A stretch of 64,000 nucleotides of DNA from Lachnospiraceae bacterium (GTDB lineage: Bacteria > Bacillota > Clostridia > Lachnospirales > Lachnospiraceae). The stretch's first letter is position 1, and every line of letters begins with the position of its first letter. The translations under genes and the position numbers were made by a program. The DNA is taken from the NCBI GenBank assembly GCA_021205225.1, contig JAJPXX010000222.1:5298-69297 (forward strand), read 5' to 3'. Shown one piece after another: positions 40,408-49,913 of the stretch. Under the pieces are notes generated by a model. It was given only the letters and a program-made list of their open reading frames with translations, searched no databases and was not told the DNA's origin.

Positions 40408-41400
40408 ATGCCAAAGAAAATAAAAAGGAATTACCTCATTAATCTGATCGGCCTCATCCTGTTGTTTCTCGTCTTTTATGTAGTTTTTGAATCCGGAATC
40501 TTTGGGTCAAGAACCAATTATTTCATGGGAATCGCGACGACGGCCTGCTATACCATCATTATGGTTACCTCACTGAACCTTCTGGTCGGCATTCTGGGAG
40601 AGTTTTCCCTGGGGCATGCAGGATTTATGTCCGTCGGCGCGTACGCTTCGGCAATCCTTACGAACACGCTGGCAGATTCCGGTATGCCTCGCCTCCTGCT
40701 TTTTATCCTGGCGCTTCTGATCGGCGGAATCGCGGCAGCCATTACGGGCGTCCTGGTGGGGATTCCAACCCTGAAGCTGCGGGGTGATTATCTGGCAATC
40801 GTTACCGTCGCATTTGCGGAGATCATCCGTGTGGCCTTTACCAATTTTGAGATTACCGGCGGCGGCCGGACGATGTCTGGTATTACCAAGCTTTCGAATT
40901 TTTATTGGGTATACTGGGTAATGGTCGTTTGTGTTGCTTTCATGTATATGTTTATCCGTTCTCGCTTTGGGCGCACGGTAAAAGCAATCCGCGAGGATTA
41001 CATTGCGGCGGCTGCTTCAGGCGTTAATGTGACCTTTTATAAGGTGCTGGTGTTTACGATATCCGCGTTTTTTGCGGGCGTAGCCGGAGCGGTATACGCA
41101 CACTACATTACGGCTATGATTCCGACAACATTCAATTTTAATTATTCGGCGGAATTTCTGACTGAGGTGATTATCGGCGGAACCGGTTCCATGACTGGTT
41201 CTGTGATTGGCGCCGCATTCCTTTCGATTTTGCCGGAGATGATGCGGAGCTTTGCGACCTATCGCTATCTGGGATACGCGGTTGTCCTTGTGCTGATTAT
41301 GATTTTCCGGCCGAAGGGCGTCTTTGGCGGATGGGAATTCTCCCTTACCGGGATTTTTGAAAACCGTAAAAAAGGCAAAGCCGGAAAGGGGGACGAGTAA
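40408..41400 (+). CDS. livM: branched-chain amino acid ABC permease LivM
   Basis: GEFSLGHAGF, LKLRGDYLAIVT.AFAEI, IIGGTGS. Confidence 0.95.
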   Translation: MPKKIKRNYLINLIGLILLFLVFYVVFESGIFGSRTNYFMGIATTACYTIIMVTSLNLLVGILGEFSLGHAGFMSVGAYASAILTNTLADSGMPRLLLFILALLIGGIAAAITGVLVGIPTLKLRGDYLAIVTVAFAEIIRVAFTNFEITGGGRTMSGITKLSNFYWVYWVMVVCVAFMYMFIRSRFGRTVKAIREDYIAAAASGVNVTFYKVLVFTISAFFAGVAGAVYAHYITAMIPTTFNFNYSAEFLTEVIIGGTGSMTGSVIGAAFLSILPEMMRSFATYRYLGYAVVLVLIMIFRPKGVFGGWEFSLTGIFENRKKGKAGKGDE

Positions 41401-42189
41401 ATGGGCGCAGAAAATAGGAATGTTCCCGTACTGCGGGCGTCTCATCTGGGGATTACTTTCGGCGGCCTGAAGGCTGTGGATGACTTTAATATGGAGATCG
41501 GCCAGTCGGAGCTGGTGGGTCTGATTGGACCGAACGGTGCCGGGAAGACGACGGTTTTCAATTTGCTGACCGGCGTTTATCAGCCGACGGAGGGCGCGTA
41601 TTACCTGAATGGTGAAAAGATGAACGGCAAGAAGACCTATCAGGTCGTAGAGGCGGGGATTGCCAGGACGTTTCAGAACATCCGGCTGTTTAAAAAGCTG
41701 ACCGTTCTTGAAAACGTCAAGGTGGCGATGAACAAGGACATGAAATATTCGCTTCCGGCCGCGATTTTCCGGCTGGGCGCCTACTGGAAAGAAGAAAATG
41801 AGACCGATGAGCGGGCGATGGAGCTTCTGAAAATTGTCCACCTGGAGGATAAGGCAGACTATGTGGCAGAGAATCTTCCCTATGGACAGCAGAGGAGACT
41901 GGAAATCGCGCGGGCTCTGGCGACCGGCATGAAGCTGCTTCTGCTGGATGAACCGGCAGCCGGTATGAACCCGGTGGAGACAGCGGAGCTTCTGGAAATT
42001 ATTAACAACATTCGCTCCGGTTTTGGTATTTCGGTTCTGCTGATCGAGCATGATATGTCCCTGGTCATGAAAATCTGTGAGCGCATTCAGGTGATTGATT
42101 ATGGGGAAACCATCGCCTGCGGCTCACCCGAAGAGATCGCGAATAACCAGCGCGTGATTGAAGCGTATCTGGGCAAGGACGATGACTGA
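41401..42189 (+). CDS. livG: branched-chain amino acid ABC ATPase LivG
   Basis: FGGLKAV, GPNGAGKTT, IARTFQNIRLF, LPYGQQRRLEIARAL, LDEPAAG. Confidence 0.96.
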   Translation: MGAENRNVPVLRASHLGITFGGLKAVDDFNMEIGQSELVGLIGPNGAGKTTVFNLLTGVYQPTEGAYYLNGEKMNGKKTYQVVEAGIARTFQNIRLFKKLTVLENVKVAMNKDMKYSLPAAIFRLGAYWKEENETDERAMELLKIVHLEDKADYVAENLPYGQQRRLEIARALATGMKLLLLDEPAAGMNPVETAELLEIINNIRSGFGISVLLIEHDMSLVMKICERIQVIDYGETIACGSPEEIANNQRVIEAYLGKDDD

Positions 42190-42203
42190 GGGGGGATGGA
42201 CAA

Positions 42204-42908
42204 ATGTTAGAGATAAAGGATTTATACGTCAATTATGGGGCGGTAGAGGCGATTAAGGGCATCAGCTTTTATGTGAAGCCGGGGGAAATCGTGACTCTGA
42301 TTGGCGCGAACGGCGCAGGGAAAACGACCACGCTCCACACGATCTCCGGTCTGGTGAAGGCAAAGAGCGGTTCAATTACTTATAATGGTACGGATCTGTT
42401 AAAGACAGAGCCGTCAAAAATGATTTCACTTGGAATCGCGCACGTGCCGGAGGGGCGGCATGTTTTTCCAGAGATGACGGTAGAGGAAAATCTGGAGATG
42501 GGCGCATACAGCGGAAAGGATAAGGGGGTGATTGAGGCCTCCATGAAGGATGTGTTTGAAAAATTTCCACGCCTTCTGGAACGGCGCCGGCAGCTGGCCG
42601 GAACACTTTCCGGCGGCGAGCAGCAGATGCTGGCGGTTGGCCGCGCTCTGATGGGAAAACCGGGAATCATTCTCATGGATGAACCCTCTATGGGGCTTTC
42701 ACCGATTCTGGTAAAGGAAGTCTTTTCCATCATTCAGGAGATTCACGCGGCAGGCATCACGGTGCTTCTCAATGAGCAGAATGCGAAGATGGCGCTGTCC
42801 ATCGCGGACCGCGCGTACGTGCTGGAGACTGGCACCATTTCCATCAGCGGAGACGCGAAAGAGCTGCTGCAGGATGAGCGCGTGAAGAAAGCGTATCTGG
42901 GACAGTAA
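42204..42908 (+). CDS. livF: branched-chain amino acid ABC ATPase LivF
   Basis: GANGAGKTT, HVPEGR, LSGGEQQMLA, MDEPSMGL. Confidence 0.96.
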   Translation: MLEIKDLYVNYGAVEAIKGISFYVKPGEIVTLIGANGAGKTTTLHTISGLVKAKSGSITYNGTDLLKTEPSKMISLGIAHVPEGRHVFPEMTVEENLEMGAYSGKDKGVIEASMKDVFEKFPRLLERRRQLAGTLSGGEQQMLAVGRALMGKPGIILMDEPSMGLSPILVKEVFSIIQEIHAAGITVLLNEQNAKMALSIADRAYVLETGTISISGDAKELLQDERVKKAYLGQ

Positions 42909-43034
42909 ACCGGATTGCGCGAAGACATATGGGGCTGGTCAGATGGATGGGGTGCGGCAAAATCAGAAATCAGTCTGCGCTGCGATCAAGCCTGGAAGTC
43001 TGACCGGATTATCATGTCAGATAGGAGGGGAAAA

Positions 43035-43679
43035 ATGGGAAAGAAAAATTACGCACTTTGCATCACCAGAACCTGTGGTTCCGGCGGAACGGAGATCGGG
43101 AAAATGCTCGCGAAGCAGCTGGGAATCGACCTTTACGACCGCAAACTGCTGCGCCTGGCGTCGGATGATTCCGGCATCAACGAGGAACTGTTTGCAAAAG
43201 CGGATCAGGATACGAAAAAAACGATTCTCTATAAGGTTTCAAAATCTGTTTATAACGGAGAAAAGATACCGCCGGAGAGCGGGAACTTCCTCTCAGACCG
43301 TAACCTGTTTGAATTTCAGGCGCGGGTGCTGCATGGACTTCTGAAAAAAGAAAGTTTTGTGGTACTCGGACGCGCGGCGGATTTTGTCCTGGCCGAAGAG
43401 CCGACTGCGATCAGTATTTTCCTGACTGCATCACCCGAAGCGTGCTTTCGGAGGGAGATGGAGCTGCTGCAGTCCGACGAACTGGCAGTGAACCGCCACA
43501 TCCGCAGCATCAACAGCTACCGCAGTGATTACTACAAATACCATACCGGAAAAAAATGGAAGAACGTCGAGAACTATGATCTGTGCCTGCGCACCGATGT
43601 TCTTGGGTATCAGGGCTGTGTAGATGTGATCGTAAACTATCTGGAGACCCGGCTGGGAGGCAAGACCGCGCGAAAGTGA
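43035..43679 (+). CDS. cytidylate kinase-like family protein
   Basis: ITRTCGSGG.EIG..LA..LGI..YDR, VVLGRAAD, YDLCL motifs. Confidence 0.85.
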   Translation: MGKKNYALCITRTCGSGGTEIGKMLAKQLGIDLYDRKLLRLASDDSGINEELFAKADQDTKKTILYKVSKSVYNGEKIPPESGNFLSDRNLFEFQARVLHGLLKKESFVVLGRAADFVLAEEPTAISIFLTASPEACFRREMELLQSDELAVNRHIRSINSYRSDYYKYHTGKKWKNVENYDLCLRTDVLGYQGCVDVIVNYLETRLGGKTARK

Positions 43680-43976
43680 TGCACAGGGCTGGCGTTATTA
43701 TGGCTTTGGCGTCAAAGAATAATAAATGCGGTTGCTTTCAGAAAATGTTTCGAAATTTAGAAAAATTTAAGTTGACGCAAAACGAATGTTTTGGTAAAAT
43801 TAACGACAAGTAGGAGAAATATAAAAATTTTTTCGGCTAAAAAGACAGGGGCGTGCAAGAAGAGAAGCTTCATTCCTATCCTGTTTCAGGAGAAATGAGA
43901 GCTGGCTGTTTCTTGTGCGTCTCTCTTTTTATCCTTATCCGGAGAAAGCCATCTGAATTTCTTTGCCGGACAGAAT

Positions 43977-44564
43977 TTACGCCAGAAGCTGCAGCATGAA
44001 GGGAAGAATCAGCTCATAGGTAAAAAGGATGCCGATGACGAAACAGGCCAGATCAGAGAGGATAACGGCCAGAAATACCATCTTTTTCTTACGCTTTAAA
44101 TCCGGCTGACTGAAAGCCCAGATGTGGTAGATGATGATCGGGAGCGAAATGCATCCGCTGATAGCGAAAGAAATAGAGTATTGCTGACGCAGCAGCTGTT
44201 GCGGAGTGACGGATGCGAGCTCGTAGCCATAGCTGGCAGCCATGGTGTTCAGAAAGCTGATGATATTCTGCGAGAAAAAAAGCGCTATAATAAAGGCGAT
44301 CACCGCGCAGAAGACACAGATGGCTATCCGGGAGAGCAATTCATGTACTCTCACGGATGTATATGTGGATGATGGCTCCTCATCCAGCCATTTGGAAAAA
44401 TCTATTTTTTTATCATCAGCAGCTTTTTTATCACTGCTCTGGCTTTTATCGGAACTCTTTTTGCTTTTTCCAAACAGACCGGCCAGCTTGGGAATCTGGC
44501 TTGGACCAAAAATAAGGATGATGATTGCGAGAATGATAAGCAGTTCCGTTGTTCCGAATTTCAT
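43977..44564 (-). pseudogene. TatA-TatC fusion, truncated after about half of TatC (relic or non-canonical)
   Basis: N-terminus GTTELLIILAIIILIFGPSQIPKLA is TatA-like. It continues into TatC-like helices 1-3 (HELLSRI, SLPIIIYHIWAFSQPDL, FVIGILFTYELILP) and then stops. No continuation is visible downstream. Confidence 0.65.
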
Positions 44565-45099
44565 AAGGGTTCCTCCGTGTATATTGTTTCCTGAAGCAGG
44601 CTTTTTCAGCTGGTTTTCTGAAGCGTGTATTTCAATAGGATAGCAGTTTTTTGCTTATTTTCCAGTTGAAAATTTTTACTTTTTTTTACACAATTTTTAT
44701 AGCACTCCGGTTTTTTCTTCTGTTCCTGAGAGAACGTGCGGGCGAACAGAAGAAAGAAGCCGGCGTTTTAGCAGGAAGGGACGTGTGAATATCCGAAATC
44801 ATCGGGTGAAAGGGTAAGGCAATGCGAAAAAAGCAAAAATGGTAAAAAACCAACACAAATAAAACGAACAAACAACATAAAAACACAAAAATCAAAACAA
44901 AAAACAAAGAAACAGCCGAAAAGGTCTTTTCAAGTGAGAGGTTCTATGCTACAATGACAATTACAGGTGCCGGATGGCAGGAGACATATTCCCGTGCCGC
45001 AGACCGGAACGGTTATAAGTAAAAAAGGCGTAACTGTGAAGATACGGAACAGTTGCGAACAGACAATGAAACAGAGCTGAATGGAGATGGGAGACGGGC

Positions 45100-45462
45100 A
45101 TGGATAACAGAAATGACCAGATTCGGATTGTGCAGGAGACGGTTGCCGGCAAAGAAATCACGCTGGCGCATGTGATGGGCGGTCCCTCGCCGATTATTTA
45201 TCAGAAGCTTGGGATGAATCCGGCGATTGATTATGGTTCATCCGCGATCGGCATTATGAACCTGACGCCGCCGGAGTCCGCGGTGATTGCCTCGGATATC
45301 GCCGTAAAGAGCGGAGACGTCTATCTCGGATTTGCGGACCGTTTTACCGGTACGCTGATTGTATCCGGAGATATTGCGGATGTGACGAGTGCGCTGACAG
45401 AGGTGCTGCGGTATTTTCGGGATGAGCTGCATTATGTGGTATGTCCTTTAACGAAGAGATAG
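45100..45462 (+). CDS. eutS: permuted BMC shell protein, EutS/PduU family
   Basis: RIVQETVAGKEITLAH, AIGIMNLTPPESAVIASDIAVKSG, GFADRFTGTLIVSGD. Confidence 0.92.
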   Translation: MDNRNDQIRIVQETVAGKEITLAHVMGGPSPIIYQKLGMNPAIDYGSSAIGIMNLTPPESAVIASDIAVKSGDVYLGFADRFTGTLIVSGDIADVTSALTEVLRYFRDELHYVVCPLTKR

Positions 45463-45657
45463 GGATATTCTGAGGCCAGAAGTTTGCAACAGTACAGAGG
45501 ACAGAATTTTGACAGAGAAACGCAGGGGTAATTATTCAGGACAGTACCTCGCACCTGTTGCGAGGTACGTATGAAAGTATTTACGCAGGGTAGTGCGTCT
45601 GATATGATGGGTTGCAGCAGGGCGAGTTGGAAGAAGCAGCGCTCCGGGGAGGCGTCT

Positions 45658-46089
45658 ATGGACAGGAAAATGACGAGAGAGGAGCTCCTTCGGGAGATTT
45701 TCTATGATTATGATACGCGAAAAGAGGGGGAATCGCTGCGGCTGGTACGTGTTCGGGTGCCGAGCCGGGATATAAGCCTGGCTCATCTGACAGGAGTATC
45801 CTCACGGGAGGTTTATCAGACTCTCGGCTTGCATATCGGCGTTCATGAGGGGGAAGATCACACCGGAGATACGTTGGGATTTTTGAAATTTACGCCCTGG
45901 GAAGCGACTGTGGTGGCGGCGGACATTGCAATAAAAAGCGGCAGTGTGGAGATCGGATTTCTTGACCGTTTTTGCGGAGCATTGATTCTGACAGGACCAT
46001 ACGCGGAGGTTCGTTCTGCGGTAGAGAGCGTGGTTGCTTTTTTCCGGGACGATTTGCATTTTCCGGTATGTGATATTACGGAGAATTAG
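45658..46089 (+). CDS. second EutS/PduU-like BMC shell protein with N-terminal extension
   Basis: VPSRDISLAH, FTPWEATVVAADIAIKSGSVEIGFLDRFCGALILTG. Confidence 0.88.
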   Translation: MDRKMTREELLREIFYDYDTRKEGESLRLVRVRVPSRDISLAHLTGVSSREVYQTLGLHIGVHEGEDHTGDTLGFLKFTPWEATVVAADIAIKSGSVEIGFLDRFCGALILTGPYAEVRSAVESVVAFFRDDLHFPVCDITEN

Positions 46090-46090
46090 G

Positions 46091-46594
46091 ATGAAAAAAC
46101 TATTTCTGATGGGCAGAAGCGAGGCGGGGAAAACCTCGCTGGCGCAGGTGATGAAGGGGGAAGTGCTTCATTATCAGAAGACGCAGTATACCTTTGCGGA
46201 GGAAGACATGATTGACACTCCCGGAGAATACGCGGAGTCGAAGCAGGTCGGGGTCGGCCTGGCCTGTTTTTCTTTTGAATCGGATGTGGTGGCGCTTGTC
46301 TGCGCGGCGGATGAGCCATTTACAATATTTACAACAAACTGCAACGCATTCCTGAATCGTCCCCTGATCGGGATAATCACAAAGATCGACTCTCCTTACG
46401 CAAATGTGCCAATGGTTCGCCAGTGGCTGGAAAATGCCAACTGTGAGCGGATTTTCCTGATCAATAATGTTACAGGGGAAGGACTTGACCAGCTGCGGGA
46501 ATATCTGGAAGGAGAGCCGGAACGGATTTCGCTCGAAGAGGCGAAGGCGCGTCAGAGCCGGGGACTGCGAGACTGGGATGACGGGCGCGGCTGA
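46091..46594 (+). CDS. eutP: EutP/PduV family small P-loop GTPase
   Basis: LMGRSEAGKTSL, YQKTQ, IDTPGEY, IGIITKID. Confidence 0.92.
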   Translation: MKKLFLMGRSEAGKTSLAQVMKGEVLHYQKTQYTFAEEDMIDTPGEYAESKQVGVGLACFSFESDVVALVCAADEPFTIFTTNCNAFLNRPLIGIITKIDSPYANVPMVRQWLENANCERIFLINNVTGEGLDQLREYLEGEPERISLEEAKARQSRGLRDWDDGRG

Positions 46595-46738
46595 AATGAG
46601 TCAGGTCAGCAGGCCGCAGACTGAAATTCTGAACTGGTGTCCCAACTTTATGTATTTTTTATATACTTGGCGATAATTCCCTTGAAAAATCAGCCGGAAT
46701 GTAATATTATAGCACATATGGCATGAAGCCGAAGAACC

Positions 46739-48409
46739 GTGAACGGACGAATGCGAAAAATGCAGCTGCTCTATATCGGGATAGCTGGAGAAGAATCAAT
46801 ATTAAAAGACTGGGGGATAAATCCATTGGAACCAAACAAAAATGAAACAACACCGACCAACAATACAGCAGTGAACACCGAAAAACCATCGGCAGAGGCT
46901 GCTGCTGCAAATACTGCGGCATCGGCGGCAGACGGCAAAGCGGCACCTGCTGCGAATGCACCGAAGGCAGGCGCATCGTCACAGATCCCAAAGAATGTGC
47001 TGGCAAAGCCAGGCGCTGTTCCGCCAAAGGCTGGCGCTGCCCCGATGAAGCCGGGTGCTGTTCCGCCCAGACCGAATCCCAACGCGATGGGCAAAAAGCG
47101 TAATTATCATAAAATGATGATGACGGTGATTGACACGATCAAACAGGACTATGCCGGTTTCCAGGAAAAAGAGGAGATCAATGACACCAAATACCCGATG
47201 AACATGATCATTTACGCTTATCAGAAGAAGATGATCAATGAGATCCTGTTCCTGCGCATTGTCAGTGAGTATCTGGCTTCCCTGGGCGACCCGAACCTGA
47301 AGTTCTCTATGATAAACCATGGCAATTATAAGAATAATACGGTCGGCTTCCGGGCTCGCCGTTACGGAGATGACCTTTATGTGACGGAGGTTGGCCGTGA
47401 TGACAGACTGAAGCCGGGCGATAAGATTACGAAGCTGGATAAGTACACACCGGCCGAGCACCGCACCAGGATCCCGAAGAATTTTATGGTTGGCAATACA
47501 CCGGAGCGTGAGCAGTGGGGCTGTTTCCTCAAGATGTTCCCGTCCTTTGATGTAGAGCGTGCGGATGGCACAACCGAGAATATGAAATTCCGTCATTTCA
47601 TTATAGAAAAGCCGAAGCGCAAGATGGAATTTGAGAGCCTGAATGAGAAGACATTCTACATTTGCATAGAGGAGTTTTTACAGAACACGGCTGACCTGGA
47701 AAAAGCGATTGAGGAGCATGCATCGGAGCTTACCTTCTGTGAGAACCTGATTATTGACCTGCGCAAGAATGAGGCAGGTACCGAGCCGGGCTTTGTACCG
47801 CTGCTCCCGATGATCTTTGATTCCGAGGAAGAGCTGGGAGCGCTTCTGGAGAAAGAAGCGATTTATACCAATTATTCTGAGAAAAACTGTGAGCATACGA
47901 TCAAAAAGATCGAGAACATGAAAGAGCGCTATGAGAAAGCGAATAATGCGGATGCTGTGGCGCTGGCGGATCAGCTGATTGCAGAGTTCAAGGAAAAATC
48001 CGGAAAGGGATTCCTGAAGGACGTGCCGGAAGATGATCTTCTGACCGAATATCATGAGATTCATGAAGGAAAAGAAGGACTTTACAGTCAGATCAAAAAG
48101 GTGATCCTGATTACGGATACCTGGTGCAGAGACGCCGGAGAAGTTTTTGTCAAGCTTTGCTCCGCTTCTGACAAAGTGACAGTGGTCGGGCGCCCGACGA
48201 TGGGGACGATTGACTATACCAATTATGTCAATGCCAGCATTGACAAGACGTTTATCCTTTCCTATCCGATGAGCAAGCGTCAGAATGTGGTGGATGGTCA
48301 TCCGTATAATGAGACGGGGCTTCCGGTGGATGTCTACATCCCATGGACGCCGCAGGAGTGTACAGAGGATCTGCTGCGGCAGAAAGCGCTGGAGCTTGCA
48401 GAGGGATAA
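46739..48409 (+). CDS. S41 peptidase-like protein, probably catalytically altered, with low-complexity N-terminus
   Basis: PDZ-like segment (LKPGDKITKLD), NLIIDLRKNEAG, VILITDTWCRDAGEVF, VVGRPTMG, GLPVD. Start codon uncertain. Confidence 0.7.
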   Translation: MNGRMRKMQLLYIGIAGEESILKDWGINPLEPNKNETTPTNNTAVNTEKPSAEAAAANTAASAADGKAAPAANAPKAGASSQIPKNVLAKPGAVPPKAGAAPMKPGAVPPRPNPNAMGKKRNYHKMMMTVIDTIKQDYAGFQEKEEINDTKYPMNMIIYAYQKKMINEILFLRIVSEYLASLGDPNLKFSMINHGNYKNNTVGFRARRYGDDLYVTEVGRDDRLKPGDKITKLDKYTPAEHRTRIPKNFMVGNTPEREQWGCFLKMFPSFDVERADGTTENMKFRHFIIEKPKRKMEFESLNEKTFYICIEEFLQNTADLEKAIEEHASELTFCENLIIDLRKNEAGTEPGFVPLLPMIFDSEEELGALLEKEAIYTNYSEKNCEHTIKKIENMKERYEKANNADAVALADQLIAEFKEKSGKGFLKDVPEDDLLTEYHEIHEGKEGLYSQIKKVILITDTWCRDAGEVFVKLCSASDKVTVVGRPTMGTIDYTNYVNASIDKTFILSYPMSKRQNVVDGHPYNETGLPVDVYIPWTPQECTEDLLRQKALELAEG

Positions 48410-48495
48410 GCGGAGGTTGTAACCGAACCGCTTACAATGGAATAAGATAGAATAATAACAAATAACATCATTTGCACTGCAATCATCTACAGTAC

Positions 48496-48650
48496 AAACT
48501 GATCAGGCTTTGGAGCAGGTGAAGGGCTATCAAACATACAGCCCGGACGAGACTTCAATTGCCGGGTTGCGAATCGCGACAGCAGGTAACAAAGCATCTG
48601 CGGGACAGTAGTAAGTACTTCTTTTACTATCGTCCCCGGATGCTTTTTCT
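48496..48650 (+). ncRNA. NiCo (czcD) riboswitch aptamer plus terminator expression platform
   Basis: AAACTGATCAGGC...GCCGGGTTGCGAATCGCGACAGCAG...TCTGCGGGACAGT matches the NiCo consensus blocks. An overlapping terminator ends GGATGCTTTTT. It lies upstream of a CDF gene. Confidence 0.85.
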
Positions 48651-48719
48651 GTATCTGGATTCTGGGATGACAGCAAACTCTGATTGCTATTGCAGAGACA
48701 GGAAGGAAGGTTACCTGAA

Positions 48720-49694
48720 ATGAAAGAAGAGAATTACGAAAATAATTTAAAAATGAAAAAAAATGAAATCGAAAAAAAGATCGACAGGAAACGGTACAGT
48801 GAGGAAAGGCTGAGCGAAGAACAGGAAAAAAAACTGACCGCCAGAGTGTCAGGCGTGAGTATAGTGGGAAATGTTTTTTTATCCGCATTCAAACTCCTGG
48901 CCGGTGTATTCGGTCACTCCAGCGCGGTGGTATCCGATGCGGTACACTCTCTTTCCGATGTCATGACCACTGTGATCGCGCTGATCGGTGTAAAAGCAGC
49001 GAAGCGCGGCGCGGATACGGAGCATCCGTACGGGCACGACCGGTTTGAATGTGTTTCTTCGGAAATCCTTGCCGGGCTTTTGCTGGTTACCGGCGCGGGA
49101 ATTGGTCTGTCCGGATTACAGACGATTTTTGCCGGAAATTACAGTGAACTGGAGATTCCGGGAATTCTCCCGCTGGCGGCTGCTGCTGTATCGATTCTTT
49201 CGAAAGAAGCGATGTATCATTATACGAAAGCCTGCGCAAAGAAGCTGCGTTCTTCCGCATTTATGGCGGATGCCTGGCATCACCGCTCGGACGCGCTCTC
49301 TTCCATTGGTTCCCTGATCGGCGTTGCTGGCGCGCGCGCCGGGTTTCCGGTACTGGATCCGCTCGCCAGTGTCGTCATCAGCGCCTTTATTCTGAAGGTG
49401 GCAGTCGATATTTTCCGGGATGCGACCCGAAAAATGACGGATACGGCCTGCGATGAGGAATATACTGAGGAAATGCGGCAGTACATTGCCGGGCAGGAAG
49501 GAGTCGCGCGGGTTGATTTGCTGCAGACAAGAATGTTTGGCGAAAAAGTTTATGTGGATGTTGAGATTGCTGTGGATGCGCATATGGAGCTGGAGAGTGC
49601 GCACGCGATTGCGGAGCGGGTGCATAATGGGCTGGAGCGGCAATTTGATAATATTAAGCATGTCATGGTGCATGTGAATCCTTATGAGGCATAG
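48720..49694 (+). CDS. cation diffusion facilitator family transporter
   Basis: SDAVHSLSD, HPYGHDRFE, DAWHHRSDA, HVMVHVNP. Confidence 0.96.
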   Translation: MKEENYENNLKMKKNEIEKKIDRKRYSEERLSEEQEKKLTARVSGVSIVGNVFLSAFKLLAGVFGHSSAVVSDAVHSLSDVMTTVIALIGVKAAKRGADTEHPYGHDRFECVSSEILAGLLLVTGAGIGLSGLQTIFAGNYSELEIPGILPLAAAAVSILSKEAMYHYTKACAKKLRSSAFMADAWHHRSDALSSIGSLIGVAGARAGFPVLDPLASVVISAFILKVAVDIFRDATRKMTDTACDEEYTEEMRQYIAGQEGVARVDLLQTRMFGEKVYVDVEIAVDAHMELESAHAIAERVHNGLERQFDNIKHVMVHVNPYEA

Positions 49695-49913
49695 CAGGTC
49701 GGAAGCTTAAAAACAATTTCCTGCGCAAAATGGTAATATTTGGCTTCGACCTGTTCTGGTTAGGCAAAAAGAACTTGACCGATTGCCTCTTGTAAGGTAT
49801 TCTGTTTATGATAAAAAACTGGCTGCGAGTGTGCGGCAAGCCTGGAAGAAAAGGCAGAAAATGGCATATACGTCTGATTCTGCGAAGGCTGCGCATTCAG
49901 AAAGGAAAATACG

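Noticed and set aside
44825..44915. Strand-biased A/C-rich tract (a similar one lies upstream of glyA at about 12880-13060)
   Set aside because: No repeat unit or coding signal. Consistent with ordinary A-tract promoter-upstream DNA.
44950..45099. Possible cobalamin riboswitch or ANTAR leader upstream of eutS
   Set aside because: One hairpin (CGTAACTGT/ACAGTTGCG) is present, but there are no B12-box blocks, no hexaloop pair and no T tract.
45544..45568. Perfect 10-bp inverted repeat GTACCTCGCA/TGCGAGGTAC sharing AGTACCTCG with the 52920 element end
   Set aside because: A 9-bp match is too short to claim a footprint. It may be a simple operator or processing hairpin.
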